Shown here: one piece after another, positions 1 to 11,300 of the stretch
Layout of the letters: every line of letters begins with the position of its first letter
How positions within the stretch are numbered: position 1 is the stretch's first letter
NCBI GenBank assembly: GCA_965215015.1
Contig: OZ244042.1
Span: 4,480,001 to 4,544,000, forward strand
DNA length: 64,000 nt
Source of the DNA: Candidatus Poribacteria bacterium
Lineage (GTDB): Bacteria > Poribacteria > WGA-4E > PCPOR2b
Direction of reading: 5' to 3'
Made by a program: the position numbers and the translations under genes
The notes under the pieces: model-generated
Databases searched by the model: none
What the model saw: only the letters and a program-made list of their open reading frames with translations
What the model was told of the DNA's origin: nothing

Positions 1-1
1 C

Positions 2-940
2 ATTCCCAAGATTTACGACATCACCCTCTGCCGCGTTCAGACCGACGAAGGCATAGAGGGCTGGGGCGAGTACAACGGCACACGATCTGCACATGCGGGA
101 ACGGCCGAGGCTTACATCGGTCAAGACCTTTTGGCGTTAGACCCATTCGCACAACCCGATGCATTTACCTGTGCACTGCTGGACATCACCGGCCAGATGC
201 ACGGCATTCCACTCCACCGCTTTTTTGGTCAGAAGGTACGCGACGAGGTGCCAGTCTCCTATTGGTCCTGTCCTATGGAGCCGCATGAGACAGCTGCACA
301 GGCAGAGGTGGGGGCGCGTTTGGGATTTACAAACCACAAACTGAAGGCGCGTTCTTGGAACATTGTGGAAACGGTGCGCCTCATGAAGGAAGCGGCGGGA
401 CCGGATTACACCGTCGGCGTGGATCCTAATACGGAATTCAAATATGTACATGTCGCCACGCGTCTGGCGAAACAACTTGAACCTTTCGGAACGGTCGCCA
501 ACTTTGAGGATCCGGTTCTCAAAAGTAACTTAGATTGGTATCGCTTGTTGCGTGAGAAAACCCATATCCCTCAAGCCTTGCACTTGGGCCCACCGAGTGG
601 GGTTCTTGCAGCACTCAAGGCAGAGTGCATCGACTACGTGAACTTGGGTGGTTCTGCCCAAAGTGTGCGAAAGTCCGCTGGATTGGCTGAAGCCGCAGAT
701 GTGCCTTGCTGGGTACAGATGGGGGGGCTCTGTTTGAGCATTCTGGCTGCCTATTCCGTCCATGTGCAATGCACGCTACCCAACGCGACCCTGCCTTGTG
801 ACGAGTTGCCCCACACGCGCATCGCCGACGTTGTGAAAGAGGGATTAACGATCAAGGCGGGGCATTTTCTGGTGCCGGAGGCTCCAGGGCTTGGTATCAC
901 AGTGGACATGGGGGTCATTGAAAAGTATCGGGTAGCATAG
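2..940 (+). CDS. Mandelate racemase/muconate lactonizing enzyme (enolase superfamily) protein, 5'-truncated by window edge
   Basis: Frame stays open upstream of 131 to the edge (CRVQTDEGIEGWGE, typical N-terminal enolase motif); KLK, DPN, EDP and C-terminal PEAPGLGI motifs. Confidence 0.85.
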   Translation: MPKIYDITLCRVQTDEGIEGWGEYNGTRSAHAGTAEAYIGQDLLALDPFAQPDAFTCALLDITGQMHGIPLHRFFGQKVRDEVPVSYWSCPMEPHETAAQAEVGARLGFTNHKLKARSWNIVETVRLMKEAAGPDYTVGVDPNTEFKYVHVATRLAKQLEPFGTVANFEDPVLKSNLDWYRLLREKTHIPQALHLGPPSGVLAALKAECIDYVNLGGSAQSVRKSAGLAEAADVPCWVQMGGLCLSILAAYSVHVQCTLPNATLPCDELPHTRIADVVKEGLTIKAGHFLVPEAPGLGITVDMGVIEKYRVA

Positions 941-998
941 GGCGATACACCCCCAGTTCTTACACAAGGTTTCGCTATTCAAGAGAGATTATACCTGA

Positions 999-1754
999 AT
1001 GCCGTTAATTGAATTGGAAATCTCCAATCGGGTTGCCACGCTGACCCTGTGCCGCCCTGAAGCCCTGAATGCTATCAATCAAGCCTTATTGCGTGATTTC
1101 GAGGAGGCACTGCGTCAGGTGCGGGTAGCTTCAGAAGTGGCGGTACTTGTTACGCAAGGCAGCGGGCGAGCGTTTTCTGCGGGCAGTGACCTGAAGGAGT
1201 TGGCAGAATGTTCGCCTCAACAGGCGGCTGCGTTTGAGTATGCACACGGACAGGTTTTTACACAGCTAGAAGAACTTTCGCAGATTACCGTCGCGGCATG
1301 GGAAGGATATGTTCTGGGTGGAGGGCTTTTCTTGGGTGTTTACCACGATTTTCGCGTGGCTGCACAGGAGGCCCACATCGGTCTCCCAGAGGTGGCTCAC
1401 GGGTGGACGCCGCCTTGGGGCGTTTCACGATTGGTAGAACTGGTTGGGTATCAAGTTGCCCGAACGTTGATGCTGTGTGGTGGGCAATTTGATGGGGCAG
1501 CGGCGCAGCAGCTCGGCTTGGTCGATGAGGTATGGTCTAGTAAGGAATTTAACACCCAATTGCGTGATTGGATTAAGGAACTCGCCTCACGTCCGAAGGC
1601 TGCACTGGTTGAAACCAAAGCCTTATTGCGTGAGATGCGGGTTCTCGACCACGCCCACTGGGAGCGGCGGACGGTTGAGGCGTTTGAAAGGTGCTATGTG
1701 ACACCGGAGGCACAGCAGTCAGTGCATCAGTTCGCGCAAGTGAAAAAAGAGTAA
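999..1754 (+). CDS. Enoyl-CoA hydratase/isomerase family protein
   Basis: VATLTLCRPEALNA, AFSAGSDL, GYVLGGG, IGLPEV crotonase motifs. Confidence 0.9.
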   Translation: MPLIELEISNRVATLTLCRPEALNAINQALLRDFEEALRQVRVASEVAVLVTQGSGRAFSAGSDLKELAECSPQQAAAFEYAHGQVFTQLEELSQITVAAWEGYVLGGGLFLGVYHDFRVAAQEAHIGLPEVAHGWTPPWGVSRLVELVGYQVARTLMLCGGQFDGAAAQQLGLVDEVWSSKEFNTQLRDWIKELASRPKAALVETKALLREMRVLDHAHWERRTVEAFERCYVTPEAQQSVHQFAQVKKE

Positions 1755-1884
1755 TTGAATTCTGAAAACTAAATTTGCTTCGTTTTAACTTTCACAAATG
1801 AAGATTATCAAACTTAATTCTATGAAGCATAAAAAAATCAACTTCTTTCGTTATCCAAGTGGAAAACAAGGAATTCGGATGAAC

Positions 1885-2108
1885 TGTCGCGGCCCGATTC
1901 ATCGGGCCGCGTGAGTCGTATAGATACCAACAACGCTGCGCGACAGGTCCAGGCTCAATTCACCAAACACGGTCGCACAACATACCGGGCATTTGATGAG
2001 TCACCGAGGATACCATGACTATTGCGCCATAATCCTGGCTCAACCAACCATAACCATTGCGCGACCTTTTTTGGTGTTGGGTTTGAACATTCAACTCCGT
2101 AAGTCCTA
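1885..2108. repeat. Intergenic palindrome (gcggcccgattcatcgggccgc) plus terminus of the TAGGACTTACG repeat family
   Basis: Hairpin near 1889-1910; 2079-2108 (gggtttgaacattcaactccgtaagtccta) matches 28189-28218 and the reverse complement of 31075-31104. Confidence 0.65.
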
Positions 2109-2135
2109 TTTTATTGGAACACACACAAAAAACAG

Positions 2136-3890
2136 GTGGTGATTAATATAATTGGCGAATTACTACAATATATCTTTAGTCTTGAAGACCCATTTGGTAG
2201 AAACATTGTACGGTTTATTTTCTTTGTATTTGGGCTTGGCGTTATAAACTACGCGGTTCATATACTGCGAATAGAATATGATTATTTCTGCCTCAAACGT
2301 GTTCAAAGCTATATCAAAGGCAACCATGGGCTTGATGATATTTCTCCCGGTTTACTTGACAAATTACGCGCACAGAAATTCATAGTACAGGAATACTTAG
2401 TTATAAGCAGCATTTACAAGCGAATTCGTGATTTAGTCCAGATTAAGCAGAATCACGGGAAAATTGATCATGACGTACTCGGAGACATTCATGCAGGCGC
2501 AGCCAGCAGAAAGGCTGGTTTATCGAACTATATCCTCGGCACTCTCATCATCCTCGGTTTAATTGGAACATTAGGCGGATTAATTACCGCAATTAGTGAA
2601 GTGCAGCCCCTTCTGAGAGACATTCAAGACCTTGACCAGCTCCCCGAAATTCTTGATGCCCTTCGACTTACATTGAGCGGCATGAGCACTGCATTTGTAA
2701 CAACGTTAGCCGGATTAGTAACATCACTCGGTTTAGGGTTATGTGGTTGGCTCTTTAACCTTTCAAACTCTGCTTTTCTCACTAAATTTGAAACAGTTGT
2801 ATCAACGGAAATACTTCCCCACTTCACACAAGCCCCAGAATCCGCCCTTGAATCCTCTATGGATCGACTTCAAGTGAGTGTTGACGAATTTAAATTAGCA
2901 ACGGAAGACAACGTTCGGAGGATGGAACAGGCAATTCAACAATTAACGGAAAAGTCATGGGATGCTTATCTTGAACAACAATATGTCATTACGCAAGAGT
3001 TGGGTAAAATTCCGGCAGAACTTCGGGGAAGTTTAGGAGGGATAAATGAATATCAAGTCCTGATTCAATCCACAGTGGAGTCTTCTGAGGAAACAGCAAA
3101 ACAGTTCATGAATAAAATCTCAGAATTTCAAACCGCTGTGGATACGATGATGAACGATTTTAAGCGGATGACAAAGGAGGCTATATCTCAGGTTTCAAGA
3201 GATCAGGCTACACTGCTTGAGGGTGTAGAAAATGTCGTATCGGAGCTCAGAGAAGAAAGCGCAGGATTAGAAGAGACAATTCGTGAGACTCAGCGTGAGA
3301 CTCAGAGTTCACAAGCAAGATTCGCTGACGAACTTGCTAATAACCTTGCTGACACTCTTATCAAGGGTCTTGATACACAGCTTCAATCAGTGCTTCAACC
3401 CATCACAGATAGTCAACAAGATATGATGGAAGGACTACGTGAAGTTGAGTCGAGGATTAGTTCTGGACTTGAGAATCAGAATCAAGTTTTTGAAAGAATC
3501 AGAACCGAGTTGATAACCAATCGGCAGGAAATTGGTAATAGACTATCGCAATTGATAGGTGAGCTTCAAATTAGACCTACCCTTGAGGCACAGAATCAAG
3601 TGTTTGAGCGAATTGAAGGACATCTACAAGGGCAACATGAATTGGTTGATGAACAAAGGCAAATAATGCAAACATTAGATACTAGTGTGAGGCAACTTGA
3701 ACGAACTTTTCCAAGCGCAGCATCAGATGAACAGCAACGCACAGAGGAAATGTTGAAGCAACTCTCGGCAAATTTTGAAACATTAAACGAAAAGATAGGG
3801 ACATTGAACCACACCATGAGTCAACCTGGTTTGTATCGTTGGGGGGCAGCATGTCTCCGCTGGATCCGAGGTGATCGCAAGTGGCGATAA
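2136..3890 (+). CDS. MotA/TolQ/ExbB proton-channel family protein with long helical C-terminal tail (ZorA-like)
   Basis: TM motifs LIILGLIGTLGGLITAI and GMSTAFVTTLAGLVTSL followed by ~350 aa of Q/E-rich coiled-coil-like sequence; directly upstream of a MotB-like gene. Confidence 0.8.
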   Translation: MVINIIGELLQYIFSLEDPFGRNIVRFIFFVFGLGVINYAVHILRIEYDYFCLKRVQSYIKGNHGLDDISPGLLDKLRAQKFIVQEYLVISSIYKRIRDLVQIKQNHGKIDHDVLGDIHAGAASRKAGLSNYILGTLIILGLIGTLGGLITAISEVQPLLRDIQDLDQLPEILDALRLTLSGMSTAFVTTLAGLVTSLGLGLCGWLFNLSNSAFLTKFETVVSTEILPHFTQAPESALESSMDRLQVSVDEFKLATEDNVRRMEQAIQQLTEKSWDAYLEQQYVITQELGKIPAELRGSLGGINEYQVLIQSTVESSEETAKQFMNKISEFQTAVDTMMNDFKRMTKEAISQVSRDQATLLEGVENVVSELREESAGLEETIRETQRETQSSQARFADELANNLADTLIKGLDTQLQSVLQPITDSQQDMMEGLREVESRISSGLENQNQVFERIRTELITNRQEIGNRLSQLIGELQIRPTLEAQNQVFERIEGHLQGQHELVDEQRQIMQTLDTSVRQLERTFPSAASDEQQRTEEMLKQLSANFETLNEKIGTLNHTMSQPGLYRWGAACLRWIRGDRKWR

Positions 3891-3912
3891 ACACCCGTAG
3901 GAGAATGCTTCA

Positions 3913-4539
3913 ATGAACCTTCGTATGCGTCAGAACTCTGTCTTGAATATCTGGGCCGCTTTTACCGATGTATTCATAGCGATGCTGCTCATCTTTCTGT
4001 TTTTTATTTTTATTCAATTTATCTCTAACAGCAAACTATTCCTGAAAATCCGAATGGAGAAAAAGCAAGATACGATACAGGAAGCGTTTGAAAAAAGGTT
4101 TGCCAGTGAGATAAGGCAAGGTATTATCTCTATTGAGCGGGACGGCAACCTGCAACGTTTTATGTTTAGCAACCGAATCCTGTTTAGAACCGCTGAGGCA
4201 GAACTGCAGCCACTTGGACGGTCCACCTTGATCCCTGTTGGTAGATTATTACAAAAACACAAAACAGGGTCTTATCAAAGTATACAGATTGAAGGGCATA
4301 CAGACGATGTTCCTATTGTAACACCACAATTCCCATCTAACTGGGAGCTATCGGCAGCACGGGCGATTGCGGTTTTACGCCTTTTTGTTGATGACATCGG
4401 TATTAACCCGAAAATGTTGACTGCAACAGGCTACGGAAAATTCCACCCTGTCGCACCGAATACCACAGTTCACGGACGAGCGAAAAACCGCAGAATTGAG
4501 ATTGTTTTAGTCTATTCCGAAACAGAGAGAATTCAATGA
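3913..4539 (+). CDS. MotB/OmpA family protein (ZorB-like)
   Basis: N-terminal WAAFTD plus TM helix carrying the conserved Asp; OmpA-like peptidoglycan-binding domain IEGHTDD, NWELSAARA, NRRIEI. Confidence 0.9.
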   Translation: MNLRMRQNSVLNIWAAFTDVFIAMLLIFLFFIFIQFISNSKLFLKIRMEKKQDTIQEAFEKRFASEIRQGIISIERDGNLQRFMFSNRILFRTAEAELQPLGRSTLIPVGRLLQKHKTGSYQSIQIEGHTDDVPIVTPQFPSNWELSAARAIAVLRLFVDDIGINPKMLTATGYGKFHPVAPNTTVHGRAKNRRIEIVLVYSETERIQ

Positions 4540-5906
4540 ACATCTGTCCCTACAAAAACGAAAGCACGACATGCGGTTTACTTTCACCAGAAGTAGAGGG
4601 AACAATCGCTTATTGTAACCAGTGTTCTCAGCTTGCTTTTCGGTGTGCTGCAGGGCATTGGAACCGTGCCTTTGCGCGTTATTGCACGCAATGTAGTATA
4701 CGACTTGAGAAGCCCACGGTATGGGACATGGCATCGGGTAATCCGCATCGCACAGCAACATCTTCCACAAACTCAGTGGATGTTAATCTTCCGTTAAATT
4801 CAGGCGTGGTGGATATACCGCCCATAGAATCGGTTGACAACTTGCCGGGACTACTCGCAATTGATGGATTGATTGTTGTGCCAAATCCGCGTCAAAGAAA
4901 GCTTGATGCCTACACGATTGAAAATATACAAAACAGCATCCGTCTAAGGAATCAATGGGAGATTGAATTTGATACACCGTTGACATACGGTTCTACCCCA
5001 ATCTATCATGGACTCCATCTATATTTGGTTGTGTCGGGTGGGATCCAAAAAACGGATATTATTAATGGAGAAACAGAACTTATTAATAATATCAATGGTG
5101 TTGATGCCGATCGGATTGAGCCGATGCCTGGGTGTGCACCACTGAAAAGTGACGTGAACGGTAAGCCGACACTGATCGCTGGCGTGAAAAATGGTATGCT
5201 GCGGTTTGACTTCGCTAACAATATCGGTGAATATATCCAACATCCCTTCTTTGACGAGGAAAAAGGACCTTTGTCGCCTACGCTGTGCGGGAGTCATATT
5301 GTTTTTACATTTAAACGGGGATGCGTATTATCGTTCAACATTGACACATATCCATTGAATAGAAAAAGTCTGTTCCTTGAAAATAGGTACTTTTCGGCAC
5401 CTGTTTCGCTCAACGGTTTGGTCTATTTTGAGGTGTTGAGCGATAGAGGTATGCGTAGCCTCGCACGTTTTGATCCGAATTCAGGACAATTGTCAAACGC
5501 AGCGGATCTGGATCTTCTGCCGAGACGCGCTTTTGAAAGTCGCCCATCCCTGTTCATACATCCGCCGCTTACTAGTGGAAAACGGGTGTTTTTATCCGAT
5601 AGATCAGGAAAGAGCGTCTATACTTACGATAGCGATAGAGGTGCTTCTTTACCGATTAGGCGGTTGCTAGGAAACGATAGTCAGTATCGATTTGTACCGC
5701 ACCAATCCATTGTGGCGAACAATCAGATTTATTCTGCACATTCTTACGGATTAACTATTCTGCCGCTTGGACAAAATAATGCCAATCAACATCATTCGTT
5801 AGCGATGGGACAACCGACCAATCCGACACCCGTTGCACGCCCTATCCGGTATGGAGATAAAATATTCATTTTGTGCAAAGATCGACTCTTATGTCGGGAC
5901 TATTAG
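4536..5906 (+). CDS. Double zinc-ribbon plus PQQ/BamB-like beta-propeller protein
   Basis: Cys pairs YCNQC and YCTQC; WDMASGNPHRTA resembles the PQQ-propeller lead-in; blade-like motifs GSTPIY, FSAPVSLNGLVYF, PIRYGDKIF. Confidence 0.6.
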   Translation: MNICPYKNESTTCGLLSPEVEGTIAYCNQCSQLAFRCAAGHWNRAFARYCTQCSIRLEKPTVWDMASGNPHRTATSSTNSVDVNLPLNSGVVDIPPIESVDNLPGLLAIDGLIVVPNPRQRKLDAYTIENIQNSIRLRNQWEIEFDTPLTYGSTPIYHGLHLYLVVSGGIQKTDIINGETELINNINGVDADRIEPMPGCAPLKSDVNGKPTLIAGVKNGMLRFDFANNIGEYIQHPFFDEEKGPLSPTLCGSHIVFTFKRGCVLSFNIDTYPLNRKSLFLENRYFSAPVSLNGLVYFEVLSDRGMRSLARFDPNSGQLSNAADLDLLPRRAFESRPSLFIHPPLTSGKRVFLSDRSGKSVYTYDSDRGASLPIRRLLGNDSQYRFVPHQSIVANNQIYSAHSYGLTILPLGQNNANQHHSLAMGQPTNPTPVARPIRYGDKIFILCKDRLLCRDY

Positions 5907-5920
5907 GAGGTATATTGCGT

Positions 5921-7804
5921 ATGCTCCATTTAATAAATGTTCTAAGATTCACACTCACTATTAGCATATTTCTCATTTTTATCTTATTTCCGCCTATGGC
6001 AGCTGCCAAACATATCATCATAGTTTATGATGTATCTGGTAGTATGGTGAGCCTCAGGGGTGGCGGGCGCGTAATCACATACATGGAATCCGAAGATATC
6101 CGTCGTGTCAATGAATACCTGACAGCCCTCTTATTCACAAATACTTCACAGTCTTTGCGCGATAGGGTCAACGACTCATATATCAAGGAATGTGATGCCG
6201 CGTTTGTCGGTAAACCCCTATACCAAAGTGGCGATGTCCTCACCTACGCCGAGTATGCAGAAGAGCGAACCCCAAAAATTAATAGAGCACAAGTTAGCAA
6301 AAACGAGTTGCAAGGGCAGCTGCCGAATCGGGACTCTCTCAATGGACAGGTCTCTTACTTACTGCGCGCAGAAGTTGAGGTGTATGATGTGTTATACAAT
6401 AATGCAGACGACGAAACGTATTGGGTTTTCGTAACAGATGGTGACATTGATAACAGTGGTAAAAGCGACCCAGATGTATCTAGGATTTTAAGACGACTTG
6501 CTGAAATTGAAGAGGAGTTTTTTGATCCAATGATTTATGGTGTCTTTGTCAATAACCATGTAAAAATTGAAGTCAGGCGACTCCAAAAACGGGACGACAT
6601 CGATTCAATTTTCATTGCTACATCAACGACATCGAAAGAGCCGGTGCAGGAAATTCAACTATCACTAGATGAAGAAGGAAAGTTTTTCAGCGAAACGCTA
6701 ACTATCGACACGGAGAGCTCTGAAAAAACGAAATTTAATCTCAGTAACGTCAATGTGGAGATTGTTGACCGAGATAATAGACCGCTTCAAATAACGAATG
6801 AAGACAACACAACAGGCATTCTCAGTATCGATCCTGTTGAGCTTCATGGGAATCCACCCCCGCATGAATTTCGTATCCTACTTCCCGGCAATCGTGAGAT
6901 CGCTGCACCGGACAACAGGATGAATCTTGAAGTTACCTATAGTTTCAACGGAGAAGATAAAGTTTTTACTGCACCCCAGATGAACTATACTGTGGAAATT
7001 AAAATCATCTATGTTGCCAGACTGAACGATCCCGATCGTCCTGCAAAGCAGTTAGAACTCCTGTTTTCTGACGACAAATATAGTGAATCTTTGACGATTC
7101 AGACTGAAAGTCCAAAGATAGATGCATTTCAGATTGACCAAATCCAATGTCATATTCAATACAGGGATAATCGTAAACTTAGTGATGCGGTTGTGCCAAA
7201 AAACATAAAACGTATAGATGAATCGTTTAGCGTGGAAGTGCCGAAGCAGGATCGTTTGGATTGGTATGGTAACAAGGTTGTCCTTGAAATTGACTATAAA
7301 TATAAAGAGGAAACGTTATCTAAAACAATTGAGATACCCTATAAATTGGTAGGCGGTGGCACTGGTTTCCCAATCTGGCTGCTCTGGGTGCTCCTTGTTC
7401 CAGTTTTAGGTGTAATAGTCTTTTTTCTGATTCGTAAGATAATAGGATGGATAAAAGTTGAACATCGAATTAGGTTGACCCAAGTCAACGAGGCAGGCAC
7501 GCCGTTGCATGAAACAGCGCATTTTACACTCGAAAACAAAATGACTCTTGAATTTGGGCCTCGGGGTCCCAATGAATTACGTTTTGATGTCGGAAGCGAA
7601 GCTTTTCTACATTGCGTCAAGAAAAATCTAATCCTATTTGCGGATGGTGATGATGAGGAAGGACAGATATTGGATTTGCCCGAAACATTAACATTAAGTC
7701 GTGGCGAAGATGAGGACGATGTCTGTGTCAAGTGTGAGATAACGGATGGTGCTTATGACGAACCGGAGGAAGATGATGATGATGCCAACCCACTTGATAT
7801 GTAA
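5921..7804 (+). CDS. Membrane-anchored von Willebrand factor A (vWA) domain protein
   Basis: AGGAGG before ATG 5921; signal peptide ending AAA-K; MIDAS IIIVYDVSGSM and VFVTDG; TM helix WLLWVLLVPVLGVIVFFLI; acidic C-terminal tail. Confidence 0.8.
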   Translation: MLHLINVLRFTLTISIFLIFILFPPMAAAKHIIIVYDVSGSMVSLRGGGRVITYMESEDIRRVNEYLTALLFTNTSQSLRDRVNDSYIKECDAAFVGKPLYQSGDVLTYAEYAEERTPKINRAQVSKNELQGQLPNRDSLNGQVSYLLRAEVEVYDVLYNNADDETYWVFVTDGDIDNSGKSDPDVSRILRRLAEIEEEFFDPMIYGVFVNNHVKIEVRRLQKRDDIDSIFIATSTTSKEPVQEIQLSLDEEGKFFSETLTIDTESSEKTKFNLSNVNVEIVDRDNRPLQITNEDNTTGILSIDPVELHGNPPPHEFRILLPGNREIAAPDNRMNLEVTYSFNGEDKVFTAPQMNYTVEIKIIYVARLNDPDRPAKQLELLFSDDKYSESLTIQTESPKIDAFQIDQIQCHIQYRDNRKLSDAVVPKNIKRIDESFSVEVPKQDRLDWYGNKVVLEIDYKYKEETLSKTIEIPYKLVGGGTGFPIWLLWVLLVPVLGVIVFFLIRKIIGWIKVEHRIRLTQVNEAGTPLHETAHFTLENKMTLEFGPRGPNELRFDVGSEAFLHCVKKNLILFADGDDEEGQILDLPETLTLSRGEDEDDVCVKCEITDGAYDEPEEDDDDANPLDM

Positions 7805-7917
7805 AGCGCATGAAACAAAAACACACGAAGGATATTTGTTGTAAAGTATTTCTGTTCATGGTATTTTATGGACATACAATTCAGAAATTAATTAACACAT
7901 AGATAATAGGAGATTAA

Positions 7918-8316
7918 ATGGAAGGCATTGCTGATTTTTTTGGAGATCCGTTAGTATGGCCAGCAGTTGTCTACTTTATTGCTTACACTCTTGTATGGAT
8001 AATTGCATGGGCACTCGGTCAGTTGTCCAAGCAGCGAGTAAGTGTTGAACGTGCAGCAGCATTCGCCTGGGGAATTGCGCTTTTTATGCACCTACTCGGC
8101 GGAATTGTACTTATAATATGGCTGTGGGACAGAGCAAATAATCGATTCGCTGAATGGATGCATACAACCCTTTATCTATTATTCTATATAGTCATTATGA
8201 TTGTCGATGTTTGCTTGTTGTTTTCAGTACTAACCAAAAATACGAAAAAAAGAGGGACTGCCGCGCCGATGCCAAAACCAACACGTAAACCTCGTAATCC
8301 AAAAAAGAGGTCATAG
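7918..8316 (+). CDS. Small three-TM membrane protein with basic C-terminal tail
   Basis: AGGAG RBS; three hydrophobic segments; K/R/P-rich C-terminus. Confidence 0.75.
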   Translation: MEGIADFFGDPLVWPAVVYFIAYTLVWIIAWALGQLSKQRVSVERAAAFAWGIALFMHLLGGIVLIIWLWDRANNRFAEWMHTTLYLLFYIVIMIVDVCLLFSVLTKNTKKRGTAAPMPKPTRKPRNPKKRS

Positions 8317-8362
8317 ACAATGATGTCGGCGAAATCTCTAACTAAATACGAAGGAGAACACG

Positions 8363-11300
8363 GTGATTACACCTACGATATTTGTTGGACTTGGAACAAC
8401 CGGAACCGATATTTTAAAAAATTTACGTGAACTTATGGCTGAAGAGTATGGGCACGCGGGGTTGCCACTTTTCCGCTATATTGCCATTGAGACAAATGGG
8501 GACGTGAATGTGCAAAATACAAACCAAATGGAGGATTATGAACGAATCAACCTTATAAGGGCAACAATTCCGAACGTTAAACCGATTGACCTTAGGTTAA
8601 CGCCTGGAGAACCACGATACAACCCACATTTGGCGGATTGGCTGGATCCTGAACTCTTGAAAATTGAAGCGGGTGGTTTTATGGCTGGGGCTTCAAATAT
8701 ACGCATGGCAGGTAGATTGTGTTTATGGGAAAACTGGGCAAACGCCCGATCTACATTCGTCAACGCAATCGGTGCTATTACGGCACCCGCTACGAAACGG
8801 AAAACAATCAATATTCTAACAGAGCGTAATAAAATTGCAGGACACCCACTCGATGATGCCGGCTTCATTAAGGTCTATGTGCTTGGATCCCTCTGTGGAG
8901 GTTCTTGTAGTGGGATGCTTATTGATGTCGGATATTTTTTTAGACATCTCCTCAGTGCATACGGCGATAAATCAAGAATTGATGGTATTTTCACAATGTT
9001 CGACGAAACCCACGCTGCGAATCCTGACGACATGTTTAACATACGTTCAGCCAATTGTCATGCAAGCCTTTCGGAGTTAAATTACTATCATGATCAGGAG
9101 ACAACTTACGATATAACTTTTCCAGATGGGCGGAAGATTGAGAATATGCGAAAAAAGCCGTTTGATTATACGCTGTTTGTATCACCCAGTGGAGAAACTG
9201 CGGGCAACCAATTCTTAACAGGAGCCGGCGACTTTGATGAAGACGGTTTGAACTTGATGGTAGCACTGAATCTTTTTGCTGAATCTGCTGCAGACACAGC
9301 CGATATAAAAAATGCAATTCGCACAAATTATATATCTCATGCAAATTTTGGGACACGAAACCCCGTGAGACAGGGTGAAATCCCCACTATGATACGCTAT
9401 ATGGCCAGTTTCGGATTAACAGCAGTATGGTATCCCAAATATCGCATCGCAAGTGCTGCTGCCTGCTCAATCAGCGATAAATTATGTGAAAATTGGTTGG
9501 GATCACACATTCCCCAAGCCACAACTGTAAGAGATGCGGAAACGGAATGGAATCAGATTCTAAAAGAGAATATCGATACATTAACTAGTCCAGAAGGACA
9601 GCTCTCAATTAGAAATCGGATTAATACGCATCTTGAAGATGCAAGGCAACAATGGCTCAATACAGAAATCTCAGCCAATCAACTAAGTCAGAATATGACG
9701 AATTTTCCAGACGGTGATTCATTCAGGAAGAAACTTGAGCAGGGTGGAGAGTATGTTGAATTGATGAAAATGCAAGTGTCTGAATGCAAAAAGGCGTTTC
9801 TCGATGCGATTGAACAAAGTTTGAGGAACCAATTAGGAAGTATTGATTTTGAGGGAACGCGAGGCCTGGAAGATGTGAAGATATTCTTTGAAACGCTCGA
9901 TAAAGGTATAGAAAGCTCTATACAAAAGTGCCCTGATCGGATGCCGCCTTTAAAGTTGGATAAATTGGATTTCTCCGCGATGGAGAGAGCAGATAATAAT
10001 CTTTGGTTGAGGCTTATTTTTCTCCGGGATGATGCTGTTCAAGCACATCGAAAAAACATGGTCGAACAATATTGCAATTTGATTACCGCACCTAGGAAAG
10101 GTTTTTATGAGTCGGTTCGGAATCATTTCATCAGACCGATATTGCAGGAAATTCGTTCCGAACTCGGTTTCGGCGTCATCCCGACAGATGAAGGTGAACC
10201 TAACCGGCGTCGAACGATTAAACAGCGATTGGATCAGATAGAAGGGAATCTAAGCCAGTGCATTCAGAAATTCAAAACCAAATATGATAAAGCTATTAAT
10301 CCACCAATATCTGAATGTGTGAAAATTGTTGCTAATAACCCAGAAAATCGAATTGATACGGATGCAATTACACTGAGCCACCAGATCTCACAATCGGATG
10401 AGGGTATTGACTTGCTTGGTGGGGAACCGATGGCTGCTTTTTTAGAAAAAGAACAGAAAGACATTATCGCTCAGATGACTGAAACTTACCGACAACTATC
10501 ATTAGATCGGATTCAAGTTGATGATGTCGTTACAAAGGCTCAGGAACTTTTGGGCTCGGGGAGTTTCGATATCCAGAATCTCGCCAGCCGCTCAAATCCA
10601 TACCAAATGTTTACCCCTACTTACGAACCGTTTGCTGTCGACGATTCACCAAATATCATCTTTGGCAACTCAGGGGAGGCTTTAACTGACTTGAATAACA
10701 GTTTGAGTGGGCAAGGATTCTCGTTTCAAGTCAGTCCCTCTTCTGTAGAGCATCTCCTTTTTTTCTATCAGGAGGAAGCAGGTTTCGCCTTAGATGACCT
10801 TGAGTCTCATGACACGCTTGCCGCTAAATACAGCCAGTCTCCAGGAGAGTATGGACATTCAACCCATAAAGATGCTGACTTTTATAACCTTGAGTTTTAC
10901 TACAAAAAGCAAGTATTGCAATACTGGTGTCTTGCTTTAGGAAGGATTGTCCCTGAAATCTGGAAGCATATCAATAGAGACGCATTTTCTGGCGTTTTTT
11001 ATCAAACTCAGACCGAAGATATTTATTATGAATATAACGTTGACGGGTTATCTGAACGACTCGGCTTACATAACGATCCAGGGGGAATTAGAAATCTATC
11101 CCAGAAGCGAAACGAAACTGAGTATAACGGATTTATGAGATTAATCCGATCGTGTTTCGCAGATCTGGATCGCGAACAGATTGAGCAGCGCATTAATTCA
11201 TTGCTGAGGGAGATTGAAGACCCCAAGGAACATAGGGATATAAGTAAATTCTTTCGTCAGTTTTTAGATGATGTCTACCCTGAAAATGCTTCGATAGATT

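Noticed and set aside
2136-4539. Calling these flagellar motAB or canonical zorAB
   Set aside because: No flagellar genes and no recognisable Zorya effector genes; gene symbols withheld.
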